Shown in pieces: positions 40,964 to 53,997 of a stretch of 64,000 nt of DNA. The stretch comes from Octopus sinensis (taxonomy: Eukaryota). Position 1 is the stretch's first letter, and each line of letters starts with the position of its first letter. The stretch spans positions 36,332,001 through 36,396,000 of the forward strand of contig NC_043015.1 in the NCBI RefSeq assembly GCF_006345805.1. Reading direction: 5' to 3'. Below the pieces are notes generated by a model. That model was not told where the DNA came from. It made no database searches and was given only the letters and a program-made list of their open reading frames with translations. A program made the position numbers and the translations under genes.

Positions 40964-41910
40964 GTATGCATATATATATATATATATTAGAAGTAGTTAG
41001 TAGTTGATAAGGAAATTAGAGGTATTCTCTGTGAATGTATGTATGCGACAGAGGCACATATTTCAGCCTGAGTATATATGTCTGGAGGTATACGCATCGT
41101 TAAACCTGTTGTTGCTATGTGTGTATATATGGATGAATCTCTATAATACGTTGAATGGTGCACGTACATGTATAAATGAGTATGTGTGTGCGTGTATATA
41201 TACTTATGTATATAGAAGAATGTGTATATTGTCGTATGTTGGCATATTGATATGTGCCCAATAGTCATTAAGTGGCACGGCCTGAACTATATCCCAAACA
41301 AACTCCAGACCTCATGACCAAACATCAAAGGATTTGACAGGCTTTAGATTTGGTTTTCTTTGAAAGCCATTATATGCCTGTCTTTCTTTATTCTTTGTAT
41401 TGCATTTTTTATCAACTATATCCTCTCTGTGTCTCCAGCCCAGTAAACCATGCGTCGTTCATTCATTATCAATCAATGTAATTATGATGCAACTACTACA
41501 AAAATGATTGATCTAAGCCAATGAGCGAAAAGTCACTTATGCAACATGAGAGGTACTTCTGCCATGTGGGATCATTTAGAATTCTTTATATTGTTCTCTA
41601 CTCAGGAGGGAGCGGTGCAGTTTGTGCTGAAACGAGCGTGGTGACAAATAAAGTTTTCAGTAAACTTAATATTCTCTATCAATTATCTCTACAGTACTGA
41701 AAGTGCATTGTGGAATTCCGAACTTAAATCCAGCGACGAATGTACATTTACTGCAACCATACGAGGTGAACGTGCTCTACCGGCACGCGACACAGTGACA
41801 TACCCAAAATACTGTTTAGATACTAAACTTTGAATTCCTAAATCCAAACTTTAATTATTGTTGAAACACACACACACACACACACACCACGCACGCACTC
41901 ATGCACACAA

Positions 41911-41954
<44 letters not shown>

Positions 41955-43969
41955 CACATATATATACTTTCCTGTATAAATCATTCTTCAGAAAGTGATA
42001 GATATGAAGAGTGAATTATATTATGAGATAAGTAAAGTGTAGAAAAAAAAACCCTGATAAATTTGACGAATCAGACGTCGGAAGATTTGAGAAATAATGG
42101 AAGACATACATCTAATTCCTCTCAGTAAAATACTATCTTCTGTATCTGCCACAGAAGAAGAGAATTTAACGATTAATTCATTTGCGATTTTATGTAGTAA
42201 ATGATTATTCTTCAAGTGTTTTCCGTCGTAGAAATTTACCATTTCAAATACAAACACCGAGATGTCAGAATATTTTCAACAATCCCCTGTATGGAAATAT
42301 AGGTGTGCGTTATCTTTTGACAAGAGTTAAAATTCTTCAGATGTGCAACTCGTACTGCACATCTGACGATCATTATGCATATGCAAGCTGACAGAAGATA
42401 TGCAATCAAGTGTATATCAATGCAGATTTCCTGTAATTGTTGATTCCCAAATGTCAGTCATATGTCAATTCCGAACAAAATTGCTGTCCGTATTTCACTG
42501 TATCCATTGCGTAGTATCAACTCCACTCACATATTATTCTTCTGGAGAAAATGTGCTTTGTTTTACCCTTTGTAGATTTTGTTGTTGTTTTTGTTGCCTG
42601 TGTTCCTGTATTCCAGATAATACTCTTGGAGATTCCAATTTACCAAATTTACGCATAACATTCAAGTCATGTATGTACACAAGAACACGCGAACAAACAT
42701 CTTAATATACATTCATTCGTACACACATACGTACATACGTATGCAATTGGTCGATGTAAAACTTCTTGCAGGAAAAACACAACAGATTATTTCGTATCAT
42801 ATTGTAAGTTGTGCGTATTGGTAGTGCCATATATATATATATATATTATATATATATATATATGGAGAGAGAGAGAGAGTGAGAGTGAGAGTAAGAGAGA
42901 GAAAATGAGAGAGAGAGAATGAGACAGGGTGAGAGAAAGGGGGAGATAGATAGATAGACAGATAGATATAGATAGATATACAAACATATGCATATGTATA
43001 TAAACATATATATATATATATATTTATTTATGAATATATATGCCTATTTATGTATGTATACGTGCGTGTACGTATACACAAGCACACGCACACACACACA
43101 TATATTTTTGCATATAGATAGCTACACACACATTTTATATATACTCATATATGTATATATGTATAATACTCGATACATTTTTCTCTGTATGTGAGTGTAT
43201 GAGAGAGAGGGAGGGAAGGAGAGAGAGGGAGGGAAGGAGAGAGATAGAGGGAGGGAGGGAGGGAGGGAGGGAGAGATAGAGGGAGGGAGAGAGATAGAGG
43301 GTGAAGAGGGAGAGAGAGAATGGATGTCAGAGTGGTTTCTGGGTTGTCAGATAAATTTGATATCTCTTTTCTACTCGTCACTCCATTGTTATATATCTGA
43401 AGAGAGATTTAATTTACTCAAATTTCGGAAACGGTAAATAAAAGTTCTAAAGCAAGAAATTGTGTCAAAAAATATCTCATAAATCATTATGTTAAATATC
43501 TTAAATGAATGGGGAGGAAGAGAAGGTAGGAATTTATTTGAAATGCCAATATATATTTAAGTAAAAAAAGAAAAAAAAAACAAAGGCCCGTATATAATAG
43601 TATGTTGAATGTTTCGTGCACAAATACATGAGAAATGTAATCAGGTCTTGATTTTACATCTGTTTCGGGCAGACAAAAACGAGTGTCAGAAGCTTCTTTA
43701 TTAAATAAGGGACTAAATAATCTATGGTGAATGCATATTTAAAAAAAAAAGCTAGCGTTTATGCTAGGGAGATAAATAATAAACGTATTTTATATGTTAC
43801 CTGCCGTGATCTGTACATCTATTTCAAAATCCGGTTCTCTCTCACATAACATCGTGTATTCCCATACAAAATGGAGGCAAATAATGTGCGTATATATATG
43901 TGTGTGTGAAAACAGTGTAGGATAGAATTACAAATATAAATTTGAACATCGTATAGTCCCAGTGTCCAT

Positions 43970-44190
43970 GGGAGGTCAAGGCGGTGAGGTGGCAGAATTT
44001 TTATCACGATGGGCAAAATGCTTAGCGGCATTTTGCCCGTTTATATATTCTGCTGAGGTTGAGTTTACATTTCATTCTTTCGGAGTCTATGAAATAAGCA
44101 GCGTTTGGGGACTGGCGCCGAGATGTCAGGCTTAAATCTTCCCCTGAAACCGTTTGCTCTGCACCAAAATTTGAAAGTGCAGTATAAACG
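43970..44190 (+). mobile_element. Degenerate SINE
   Basis: GGCGGTGAGGTGGCAGAAT...AAAATGCTTAGCGGCATTT...TTTCATTCTTTCGGAGTC. Confidence 0.6.
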
Positions 44191-44874
44191 GGAGTCATTT
44201 AACAGACCCTTTCATTGTTTGTGGAGTCCTCCATCAAACAAGAAATACACATTTTCCTTCCTGAGCCAAGAGCATGGATCAACTCAATGTACAGGTGTAA
44301 AGATTTTATTTAGTGAATTATTAGCGAAATTGGACAATTTCTGTTTAGCAGTTTATTATTCAGTTTAACAATGTCTACTTATTCACAGTCGCAAGCGTGC
44401 GCATACATACATCATATTTAATAACAAAATTCAATGACCTTAAACACAAGGTCGTATGAAATTAAAAGAATCAACAGTCGTAACCCTGTTGTTAAAAACT
44501 TTGTATGCAAACGGTTGGTTTTCAATTCTTCTCGCTTCTGCTGTAAATTGTACAGTTTTTAGAAGCGGAACCCCAGAGTGTTCCTCCTTACCTGTTAGAC
44601 AAGCTTTCTCTATCCAACAAAGCTGCTGCATACAAAAACCCACTGAATATTTAAACGTAAGTATTACAAAGAAAAGTTTGTTATTTAAATAGTAAGAGAT
44701 TGTGGTTTCTTGGGGTCTCTGGCTGAGACTTTGAGTCAACTTGTAGAAATACAAAGCATAAGCAAAGCATATAATTGAAGCATGAGCAATAACAAGTGTT
44801 ACATTAGTCTGCTTGCTGTGGACAGATGATTATCTCCATCAAACCCAGCAAAAAAGCGGGGAGTTTTGATCACA

Positions 44875-44909
44875 TAATAATAATATTAATAATAATAATA
44901 ATAATAATA

Positions 44910-44958
<49 letters not shown>

Positions 44959-45020
44959 CGATGATGACGATGATGATGATGATGATGATGATGAGGAGGA
45001 GGAGGAGGAGGATGATGATA
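44875..45020. repeat. (AAT)n/(GAT)n/(GAG)n compound microsatellite
   Basis: Directly visible. Confidence 0.95.
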
Positions 45021-45359
45021 CCAAGTAAACAAAAATGATGTCGGAAGAGTTCTCAGGGTACCAAGGACTACATGGCCATCGATAAAACAGTGTTCAGGCA
45101 TTGTAAAAAAATATCACACACACACACACATGAGTATCAGTTGGGTTGACTTTAAGAAGGTATTATGATATGACCAAATTCTACTCAAGTAATGTACTGT
45201 TATATACATATATGCATATATGAGTGTATATGTATGGATATATATAAATATATATATATATATGCATATATGTGTATATATATGCATATATATATATATA
45301 CATATATATATGCTCACATATATTTATATACATACATATACACATATATATACGTATAT

Positions 45360-45440
<81 letters not shown>

Positions 45441-46074
45441 GGAATGACCCTGACAAGTCGTTCAACTCACTTGAAAAGAGCAGCTAAACTCAAACCGCAA
45501 AATTAGTAGTAATTCTGAAAACTAAAGGAGAAATAAAAACATTTATCCCTTTCAACTTAGTACCCTGCAAGGTTTCAACAATTTTTACGCAATCGAACTT
45601 AATTAAATTAAATTAAATCCGTTTACGATTGGCTTGTTTCATCAGCAAAGTCGCCAAAGAAAAGGAGACCATATACACACGAGGCGGCACCACCGAAGCC
45701 TCGAGTTTATATATCCTAAATTTTCGAAATCCACGTAATCGCGCCAACTACTCAGCAGCAAATATAAACTTCTGATACAATTTCAGAATTAGTCAAAAAA
45801 TCATTAATTAATCAATATAAGGGTAGCAAAAAAATTCAAGAAAAATTTTTCTGCAACTAGATGTATATATATATGTATATATGCAATACCTATCCCTCAC
45901 GGGTGGTTTGAAACAATTGTAGTTATTAATAAACATTTTCGTATATTCCATCTTTCATCTCTCTCATTCATCAAATACCCAACGAAATCTGTAAAAGTGA
46001 ATGTACCTTACCTGTAAGGTACCAGGTATTTGCCACACAATTTATTATTTAATAGTACATACACACATGCGCTC

Positions 46075-46106
<32 letters not shown>

Positions 46107-47929
46107 TCATAGAGAGTGAGAGAGAGAGTAAAATACATAGATATATAAATACATACATACATTCATACGTACACGCATAAACGCATATACCCCCCCCTAC
46201 ATGTGTTTGCGTTTGTGTTCATAATGAATGGTTATTTATGTATATTTACACACAATAAACGCCTTATTTCGCCGTTTCTTTCCTCGACGTCCTGCATATT
46301 TTAATCTGCTTAAGTTACATAACAGAATATCCGGCAACACTTATATAATCATTGTTTCATCTGGAGCAACGTTAACGCTTAATTACTTGTCAGAATAATA
46401 AACGAGCACGACGCATGTCTCGTTTTTATGCAACGAGCATATGACCGGTATCCGTACTGAATATTTAATATATCTACTTCTTTTGAAAGCCTGTTGTTCT
46501 CTGATTACTTTTCCTCAGAGGCATAATTATGAGAATAAGACAAGAGCTTTCGTTATAGAAACAAGGTTAGCTTGTCGAATTAAACACCGTGTGTTACCTA
46601 ATTAGTCCTCTTAGCATTCTGCTTTAATCAGTTTGTTGCCGTTAAGAATTATCGATTAAGTAGAGGCGGCAGGTTAGTTCACACCAGTAATCTTCTCACC
46701 TCAATATTTCAGCCTTGTGCTGCACAAGTTAAGGAGTTATGATTAATTTCGTCATTTCCTTGATTTTTGCTGCTGCCATTTTTGTCGTTGTTGTTGTACA
46801 ACAAACACAGCTGCAACAAGAGGAAAGAGACAAAATAAGAAAAGGCACCGGGGGGGGGGGTGCGATGCATACTCTGCCCGCACACAAGAGTAAAATAAAG
46901 TTTAATTTAATAGATATATTCTCAGACAAATTCATATTTCAACAAAATGATATCAAGAGTTATTTTCCCTGTTTATCGTTTATGCGTATGTATCAAACAA
47001 AAAAGAAAAAAGACATTTCGATTCCTTCGTCGGTTAGTTTTTGAAAATAATCAAACCACCATAATGAGTTCGAGCCACTCACCCAATGAGTATTTCTGCC
47101 AAATGCGGTGAAAATGCGCTCAGGCGTTTACCAGTAGTTTTGGAAACACACAGAGAAGCAACGACTGATTACAATACCCTGCTTTCGCTTACACGCTCAC
47201 GATAACCAAACGATAAAAATCAGGGTAGCAACAAACCCAAAGACCGAATCACTGACGCAGTCAGTCTTCTGTCGTTTACCCTGTTAAAAATAAGCCCGAA
47301 ATCTCCTTTAAATTACTTTCTACAATTTATTTTTCTTCAATAAGACAAACTGAATCATGCGGTTTGAGAAAGACTTTTCCAGGCAAAAAGTTGAATTAGG
47401 ATGGTCGAGGCTGGAATGGCTTTCTTTGTAGGTCTGCTTCCCCGGGGCTAATCTGGATAAATGCAGCAATAGCATCATTCGATCAGCCAGAGACGGCTTC
47501 TCCTGGAAGCAGCAATCACTAACAATATTATTTCGTGTAGCAACACATCAGATTTCAAAGTGACCTGGAAGAGGACCACATGACATGGTGCGTCGGTTTC
47601 CTTAAAATATAACATTAAACATGTATAAAAAAAGCAAAAAAAAAACTAATGTCGTATCAACCAATCGAAACGAAACTGTTGCGAAACGGTCATGGTTGAA
47701 ATGTTTTTGGCAATAGATCTTATTCAGTGTTGACCTGCGCAGGAGCTATAAATAACATCTATCACTGATCTATTTTAGCGAAGCTAGAGATTGTCCAAAT
47801 GTTACAAACCGCTTTCACACTCTCCCGGCACTGCTTCAAATTCTAACTCTGTCTATCAGCAGCTTCCACTTACCTAAATAACAAATATGTCTACTCTATC
47901 CTATTTCTGAGGCTAAATCTTCTATAAAC

Positions 47930-48090
47930 TCCACCTCCTCCTCCTTCTCCTCCTTCTCCTCCTCCTCCTCCTCCTCCTCCTCCTCCTCCTTCTTCTTCTT
48001 CTTCTTCTTCTTCTTCTTCTTCTTCTTCTTCTTCTTCTTCTTCTTCTTCTTCTTCTTCTTCTTCTTCTTCTCTTTCTTCTTCTTTCTCCT
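47930..48090. repeat. (CTC)n/(CTT)n microsatellite
   Basis: Directly visible. Confidence 0.95.
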
Positions 48091-48999
48091 ATTTACTACT
48101 TCACTCAGTGTATTTGATGAAGAACAACATCTTGCTTCGTTGACGTCGCATCAATTCAGATAACAGAGGTAAGGTTAGATAGTTGAAATTACACATTATT
48201 AACTTTCATCTCCTGAGAATTGAACAAGAAGAAAAACAGACAGAATAAAAAAAAAAAAAAGAGAGCGAAAAGTAGACGAAGAAGAAGAAATAAATGTGTA
48301 GAGATGCAAGACAATTTTGAGATGAGAATTTGCAACGGTTATGTAAACTCCATGGGAAATTCAGTGCAAACATTCGCTGAGAAGTTTGGCGCAGTTTTAT
48401 TCATATTATTGGCCTATTATAACAATTGTATCTGCTATAATAGGGAATGTTTATACATAAATCAAGTAGTTTGGTTCCATAGAGGATTCGTATGACAATT
48501 CTAAAGAAAGTCGAAAGATATATACTTCTGAAGAAACGCATTAATCTCAAGTTATATTTCAATTGGTAAATTGTAATAGCGGCCAGCATATGTAGCCGAG
48601 CAGTGCATTGGTAGAAAGAGAATTTACATCTCACCACACGAAAAACATTCATTCTTAGAATAAATTACTTTCTATCTTCTTCGTTCCACTTTTGCTGTTG
48701 GAAATTTCTCTTAGAGTAAAATACATCCAATGGTGTGCCAAACTAGGACTAATCATGGATAATACGAAGGCACCTCGCTCGCAGCAAAATCCTTAATTCT
48801 TCAAATCTCGTTCAGAAGTTATTGTGCTATACATTTGGGGGTCGACAGAATTAAGTACCAGTCATTCGCAATTAAGAAAACAAATTCGTGAGCTCTAAGA
48901 CTCATAATTCTGGATACCTGTTATCGATGGCGTATATATACCAGGGATCACATTATACACCCGCTGAACGGGACACCAGTCCATTGCAAGATTAAAGGA

Positions 49000-49165
49000 G
49001 GGTAGATGTTGATTACATCGAATTTCACTGGTTCTGTAATTTATCGATCCCGACGGTTGAAACGCGAAGTTGACCTCGAAAGAATTTGAACGCAGAACAG
49101 CTGCAAGAAATGCCGCTATGTATTTTTCTCGAAATGCTAGCGATTCTGCCAGACGTGTGGGTGGC
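49000..49165 (-). mobile_element. Degenerate SINE
   Basis: tttatcgatcccga...aagttgacctcg..agaatttgaacgcagaac...gattctgccag. Confidence 0.6.
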
Positions 49166-49404
49166 ATTGACGGATTTCTTATAGATTCGAGCGAATACCT
49201 TTATAGTATTTCTTACGGTAATTTCTGAGGCTTTACATTTGATGCAAAGTCAGGTTTAATGCCACCACATCACATCTGTGTGGCATTAATGGAGTTCAAT
49301 CCGTTGTAAAGCATTCATGCCTATATTCTTGCAATCAGAGCCCATGACAAAAATAGGGAGGTTATTCACTTAACCGGCCAATAAATGTTATGTTCATAGG
49401 ACAA

Positions 49405-49843
49405 GGCTGTGGCTTTTCAAAGCTCGTACTGCAAAAACGTCATTTCGGGACCAGTTCCACCACGCAGCACCTAGGGTCTGTGCCTCTTGATATTGTACCA
49501 TGCTGGTCAATGCTTTCTGATGTGAATTATTGGACGCCCATCACACACACACACACATATATATATGTATGTATCTATACATGTATGAGTGTATTTGAGT
49601 GTTTGCGAGCCTGTATGCGTGCGTATGTGTATTTGTGTGTGTGTGTGTGTTTGTATGTTGGTGCTTGTTCTTGATCCTCACACCTCTTAAAAAGCTTTAG
49701 ACCCTTTATGTTCCTGTCACTTAGCAGCTTGGCAAAATTGATCGAGAGAATAAGCACCAGAGTTTTGACGTCGATTAGAAAGATGAACGCCTAAATACAA
49801 AGACCCAGCCTGGCCAAAGACCAATGACTAAAGCAAGTAAAAA
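49405..49843 (+). mobile_element. Old degenerate SINE copy directly upstream of a younger copy
   Basis: Head-like ggctgtgg...tttcgggaccagttccaccacgcagcacctaggg and tail ...gactaaagcaagtaaaa. Confidence 0.45.
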
Positions 49844-49849
49844 CATTAT

Positions 49850-50212
49850 GACTGTGTGGTAAGGAGCTTGCTTCCCAACCACATGGTTCCGGGTTCAGTC
49901 CCACTGCATGAAACCTTGGGCCCATGCCCTCTACTATAGCCTTGGGTCAACCAAAGCCTTGTGAGTGGATTTGGTGGACGGAAACTGAAAGAATCTTGTT
50001 GTATATATGTGTGTGTATCTGTGTATGAGTGCATGTGTGTATGTGGTGTGTGTGTATTTTTATGTGTCTGTTTTTGTTCCTCCACCATCACTTTACAACC
50101 GATGTTTGGGTGTTTACGTCCACGAAACATAGCGGTTCTGTAAAATAGAGCGATATAATAAGTACTAGTCTTACAAAGACCAAGTCATGGGATTCAATTG
50201 TTCTACTAAATC
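49850..50212 (+). mobile_element. tRNA-derived SINE (same family as 25179-25572)
   Basis: GACTGTGTGGTAAGGAGCTTGCTTCCCAACCACATGGTTCCGGGTTCAGTCCC...GAGTGGATTTGGTGGACGGAAACTGAAA. Confidence 0.85.
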
Positions 50213-50621
50213 CAACATACTATTGAATTCCAGATCTGAAATTTTCAAAGCATGAAAACATACAAATAAGATCCTGTTGACGAATTGGAAAATAACAGCG
50301 CCGCCGAAAAGAGCGGCTGCACCGCATATTCTATATTTCTATCGGTTCATCCTTATTATGGCCTTACGATCAAAGGGGAGATAACTCCAATTCTCCTCGT
50401 TACTTTTTCTAAGCTTTTTTTCTGTTTCCTTTCGTTTTCCGCCGTTTTCATGCTTCCACCTTTTACGTCTACCTTCTCCCTTTTCTTCATATTTTCTTTT
50501 ATACTATGCCATGTGGGAACGGACTGAAGGCACTAGGCGTGTTATAAAATGCTGTCTGTGTCGCTCATATTGCATGAAACTACATGTAGCTTACGAAAAT
50601 ATATGCTGTTTTCAATAAACA

Positions 50622-50730
<109 letters not shown>

Positions 50731-50812
50731 TGAATGTGGCTACTTCTTTATACTTTTTTCACCTTCCTGGAATCTGCGCTTCGGAAATATTATAGGAAGT
50801 GTTTTAATATAA

Positions 50813-51196
50813 GGGAGCACTCCGTCGGTTGCGACGATGAGGGTCCCAGCTGATACGATCAACGGAACAGCTTGCTCGTGATATTAACGTGCAAGTGGCT
50901 GAGCACTCCACAGACACGTGTACCCTTAACATAGTTCTCGGGGAGAATCAGCGTGACACAGAGTGTGACAAGGCTGGCCCTTTGAAATACAGGTACAAGA
51001 GAAACAAGAAGAAAGAGCGAGAGAAAGTTGTGGTGAAAGAGTACAGCAGGGTTCACCACCATCCCCTGCCGGAACCTCGTAGAGCTTTTAGGTGTTTTCG
51101 CTCAATAAACACTCACAATGCCCGGTCTGGGAATCGAAACAGCGATCCTCCGACCGTGAGTCCGCTGCCCTAACCACTGGGCCATTGCGCTTCCAC
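50813..51196 (-). mobile_element. Near full-length tRNA-derived SINE (second family)
   Basis: Reverse complement GTGGAAGCGCAATGGCCCAGTGGTTAGGGCAGCGGACTCACGGTCGGAGGATCGCTGTTTCGATTCCC (tRNA-like A/B boxes); its 3' part matches 61220-61388. Confidence 0.85.
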
Positions 51197-51412
51197 GTTT
51201 TAATATAAACTGCATGTCTGAATAGCCAAGAGCGGATCTCTTCCCTAAGCAGGGTCGGATTATCAGCACACACTACAAGAATAAATATTTGGATGGGCAT
51301 GTTGCTCTGACCTAACAAGGTGCCTCAATTTAAGTACCTAATGCAATTGAATCTTAATAACATTTTATACACACACACACAAACACACAGACCCACGCAC
51401 ACACACACACAG

Positions 51413-51466
<54 letters not shown>

Positions 51467-52369
51467 TGGCAGGGCTGGCCTGCTAGGTAGCCGGCCAGAA
51501 TGCTAGAAAAAGATCATCAACGATCAAACTACAAGGGAAATTCTCTAGAGGAAGAATTCAGCGAACACAAATTTTTGAATTTTCTCTGACTCCTCAGAAT
51601 TTTTGAATGCTGGAATACTGGTTTTAAATTGATATTAAAATTAATATTAATTTATCTCCCTCAATTTTTAAATATTTATATATATATATATATATACGTA
51701 TGTATGTACAACTATGTGTGTACGTGTGTGTGTCTGTGTGCGTACAGGTTTGAAGCTTTTGAAGTATATATGGATATACGTCTATCACCTGTTTCACTCT
51801 CTCTCACACATAAGTATTTATATGATTGTATATGTATGCATGTATGTGTATATATGCATGCATGTATGTATGTATGTGTATATAAATAAATATTTTCAAG
51901 TGAAAAAATGTTCAGATTTTTTCTCTTATGAGGTTTTTCACGCTAACTACCTGATAATTTCTTGTTAAAATTTCTTATGAAGATTTTATCCTTAATTGTT
52001 AAATTTGTTCCGATGAAACACGTTTCTCTCCGAAATGCAGTTCGAAAAAGCCCGCCATTTACATAAATATATGATGAATGAACATTTCCATGTGCTACGA
52101 TGGACTCGACGGTTGTCTGGTATGTTCCGCCTGGTATGTCGGTTTTGTTTATTTTTGATATGTTTCGAATATGTTTCACTGATGAACAAAATACGTAGAT
52201 AATACGTTAATTGCGAAATCACAGGTGATCTGGAACTAAATTATGTTTTTAAATGTCTTGCTTCGAGATCTGCATTCGGTACGATTGTTTTTTTTTTTTT
52301 GGTAGTAATGACTTTGAAAGACCCTCCTATCGTGTGGCATTTATGCCCTCTATATAATATATATATATA

Positions 52370-52409
<40 letters not shown>

Positions 52410-52842
52410 GACGTTCCTAGCATAGATTCACCGTTCAGAGCAGATTTATGCATAAATGCTGACTCCGTAAGGCAAACAGAAAAAACATCTCCGTATATTC
52501 GTGTCTGTACGAATGCGAGTGAGAGTGTAGTTATTTTCCATTTAGAAAAGTACTTCAGAATACTTTTCTCACCCTACATACTACACACGCACACGCACGC
52601 ACACACACACACATACACACACACACGCATACACAGGCACAAAATCAAGCACATACGCACACTTATGTTGCTTGAAATCCAATAAAATGAAATGAAATAT
52701 CAAAGCAGCTTAAACTATTAAATGTGAGAATCTTGTATTTAATGCGATGGAATTAATAAAAATAGCAATAAACACAGAGAATACAACTCAACGCTTTAAA
52801 ATATGCATTGCGATTCTTCACCCCGCCATACATACACAAGCA

Positions 52843-52888
<46 letters not shown>

Positions 52889-53084
52889 ATATTATATATA
52901 TATATATATACATACATACAAACATATATATTCGTGTGTATATTAACAAATGTAGATGGTTAATTACTGCGTCTGTATTTTGAAGAAATATTTGTAGACA
53001 TTTTCGATCGTAAATAGATACCTTACAAAAAAACTGTCTGCTTTTCTCAATTATTCTAGCTATCATTCTACGTAATTCGCCATC

Positions 53085-53089
53085 TGTTG

Positions 53090-53182
<93 letters not shown>

Positions 53183-53190
53183 CCTATCTA
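53085..53190. repeat. (TATC)n microsatellite
   Basis: Directly visible. Confidence 0.95.
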
Positions 53191-53439
53191 TATATATATT
53201 TATACCTGTCTGTCTGCTTGTTGTCTGTCTAGTTGTCTTTTAGTACAAACAAGAGCGTGCACATACGACCCTCCCTGTTGCTAACCGTAAACTCTGAAAT
53301 TAACTTTTGTCAGCCTTCAATGCGCGAAAAATTCACAAACTACTATGCAAATAAACCATTATAGCTCTTACACCTTGATCTTTGTACCTCACCTTTACAT
53401 ATCTATCTATGAAATGTTCTTTGTGGGACAAGCCCATTG

Positions 53440-53997
53440 TAGTTCAGGCTTCTGCTGCTAGAAGTCACTTGATGCTACCCTCAGGCAACAGTATGCCGGT
53501 TGGCGTCGTCGTTTGTAGTTCGTGGATTTTTGTTTTCTGCTGGGGATAACGGTGGCCGAAGCAAGAATGCTTTAGGAATGGTCACTTTTCGTTTCAAGAT
53601 CAACTTCGTTCAGTGGGTCCGTCGACCATCCGAACGAATGAAAATTCATAAACTGCTATGGAGGACCATCACCGATAGGTTGAGGAACTTGTTGATATGA
53701 CTGGTATGTCCTGGAGGTTCTGCCAATAAGTTTTGTGCCATACAAACATTTTTTCAAAGGTATTCTCTCGTAGCGAAAAGTAGTGCTAGGGAGTTTGCAG
53801 ATGTGGAACGAGTGAAGTAAAAAACGACTCAGGCGTTAAAAAAAGGATCCCTTTCCAAGAGTTCCAGCATTTCTTCGAAGAGTGGACCGATGCATTGCTT
53901 CAAATGGAGAATATTCTGAAGACAATAAAAGTGTAAACATGAAAAATTAAGAGAATATAATATTTCAAAATTGCAGTTCCTTTTAGGTACCCCTTCG
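53440..53997 (+). mobile_element. Internally deleted mariner-like transposon
   Basis: VDFCFLLGITVAE, FRNGHFSFQDQLRSVGPST and EDHHR*VEELVDMTGMSWRFCQ (N-terminal HTH), then a jump to DRCIASNGEYSE (C-terminus) and a TIR-like end AATTGCAGTTCCTTTTAGGTACCCCTTCG followed by TA. Confidence 0.8.

Noticed and set aside
46005-46022. Near-palindromic ACCTTACCTGTAAGGT, resembling a recursive splice site (CAG|GTAAG) on the minus strand
   Set aside because: Short polypyrimidine tract; expected by chance without RNA-seq saw-tooth evidence.
49256-49289. 10-bp inverted repeat TTAATGCCAC...GTGGCATTAA
   Set aside because: Short and half AT; near chance expectation for 64 kb.
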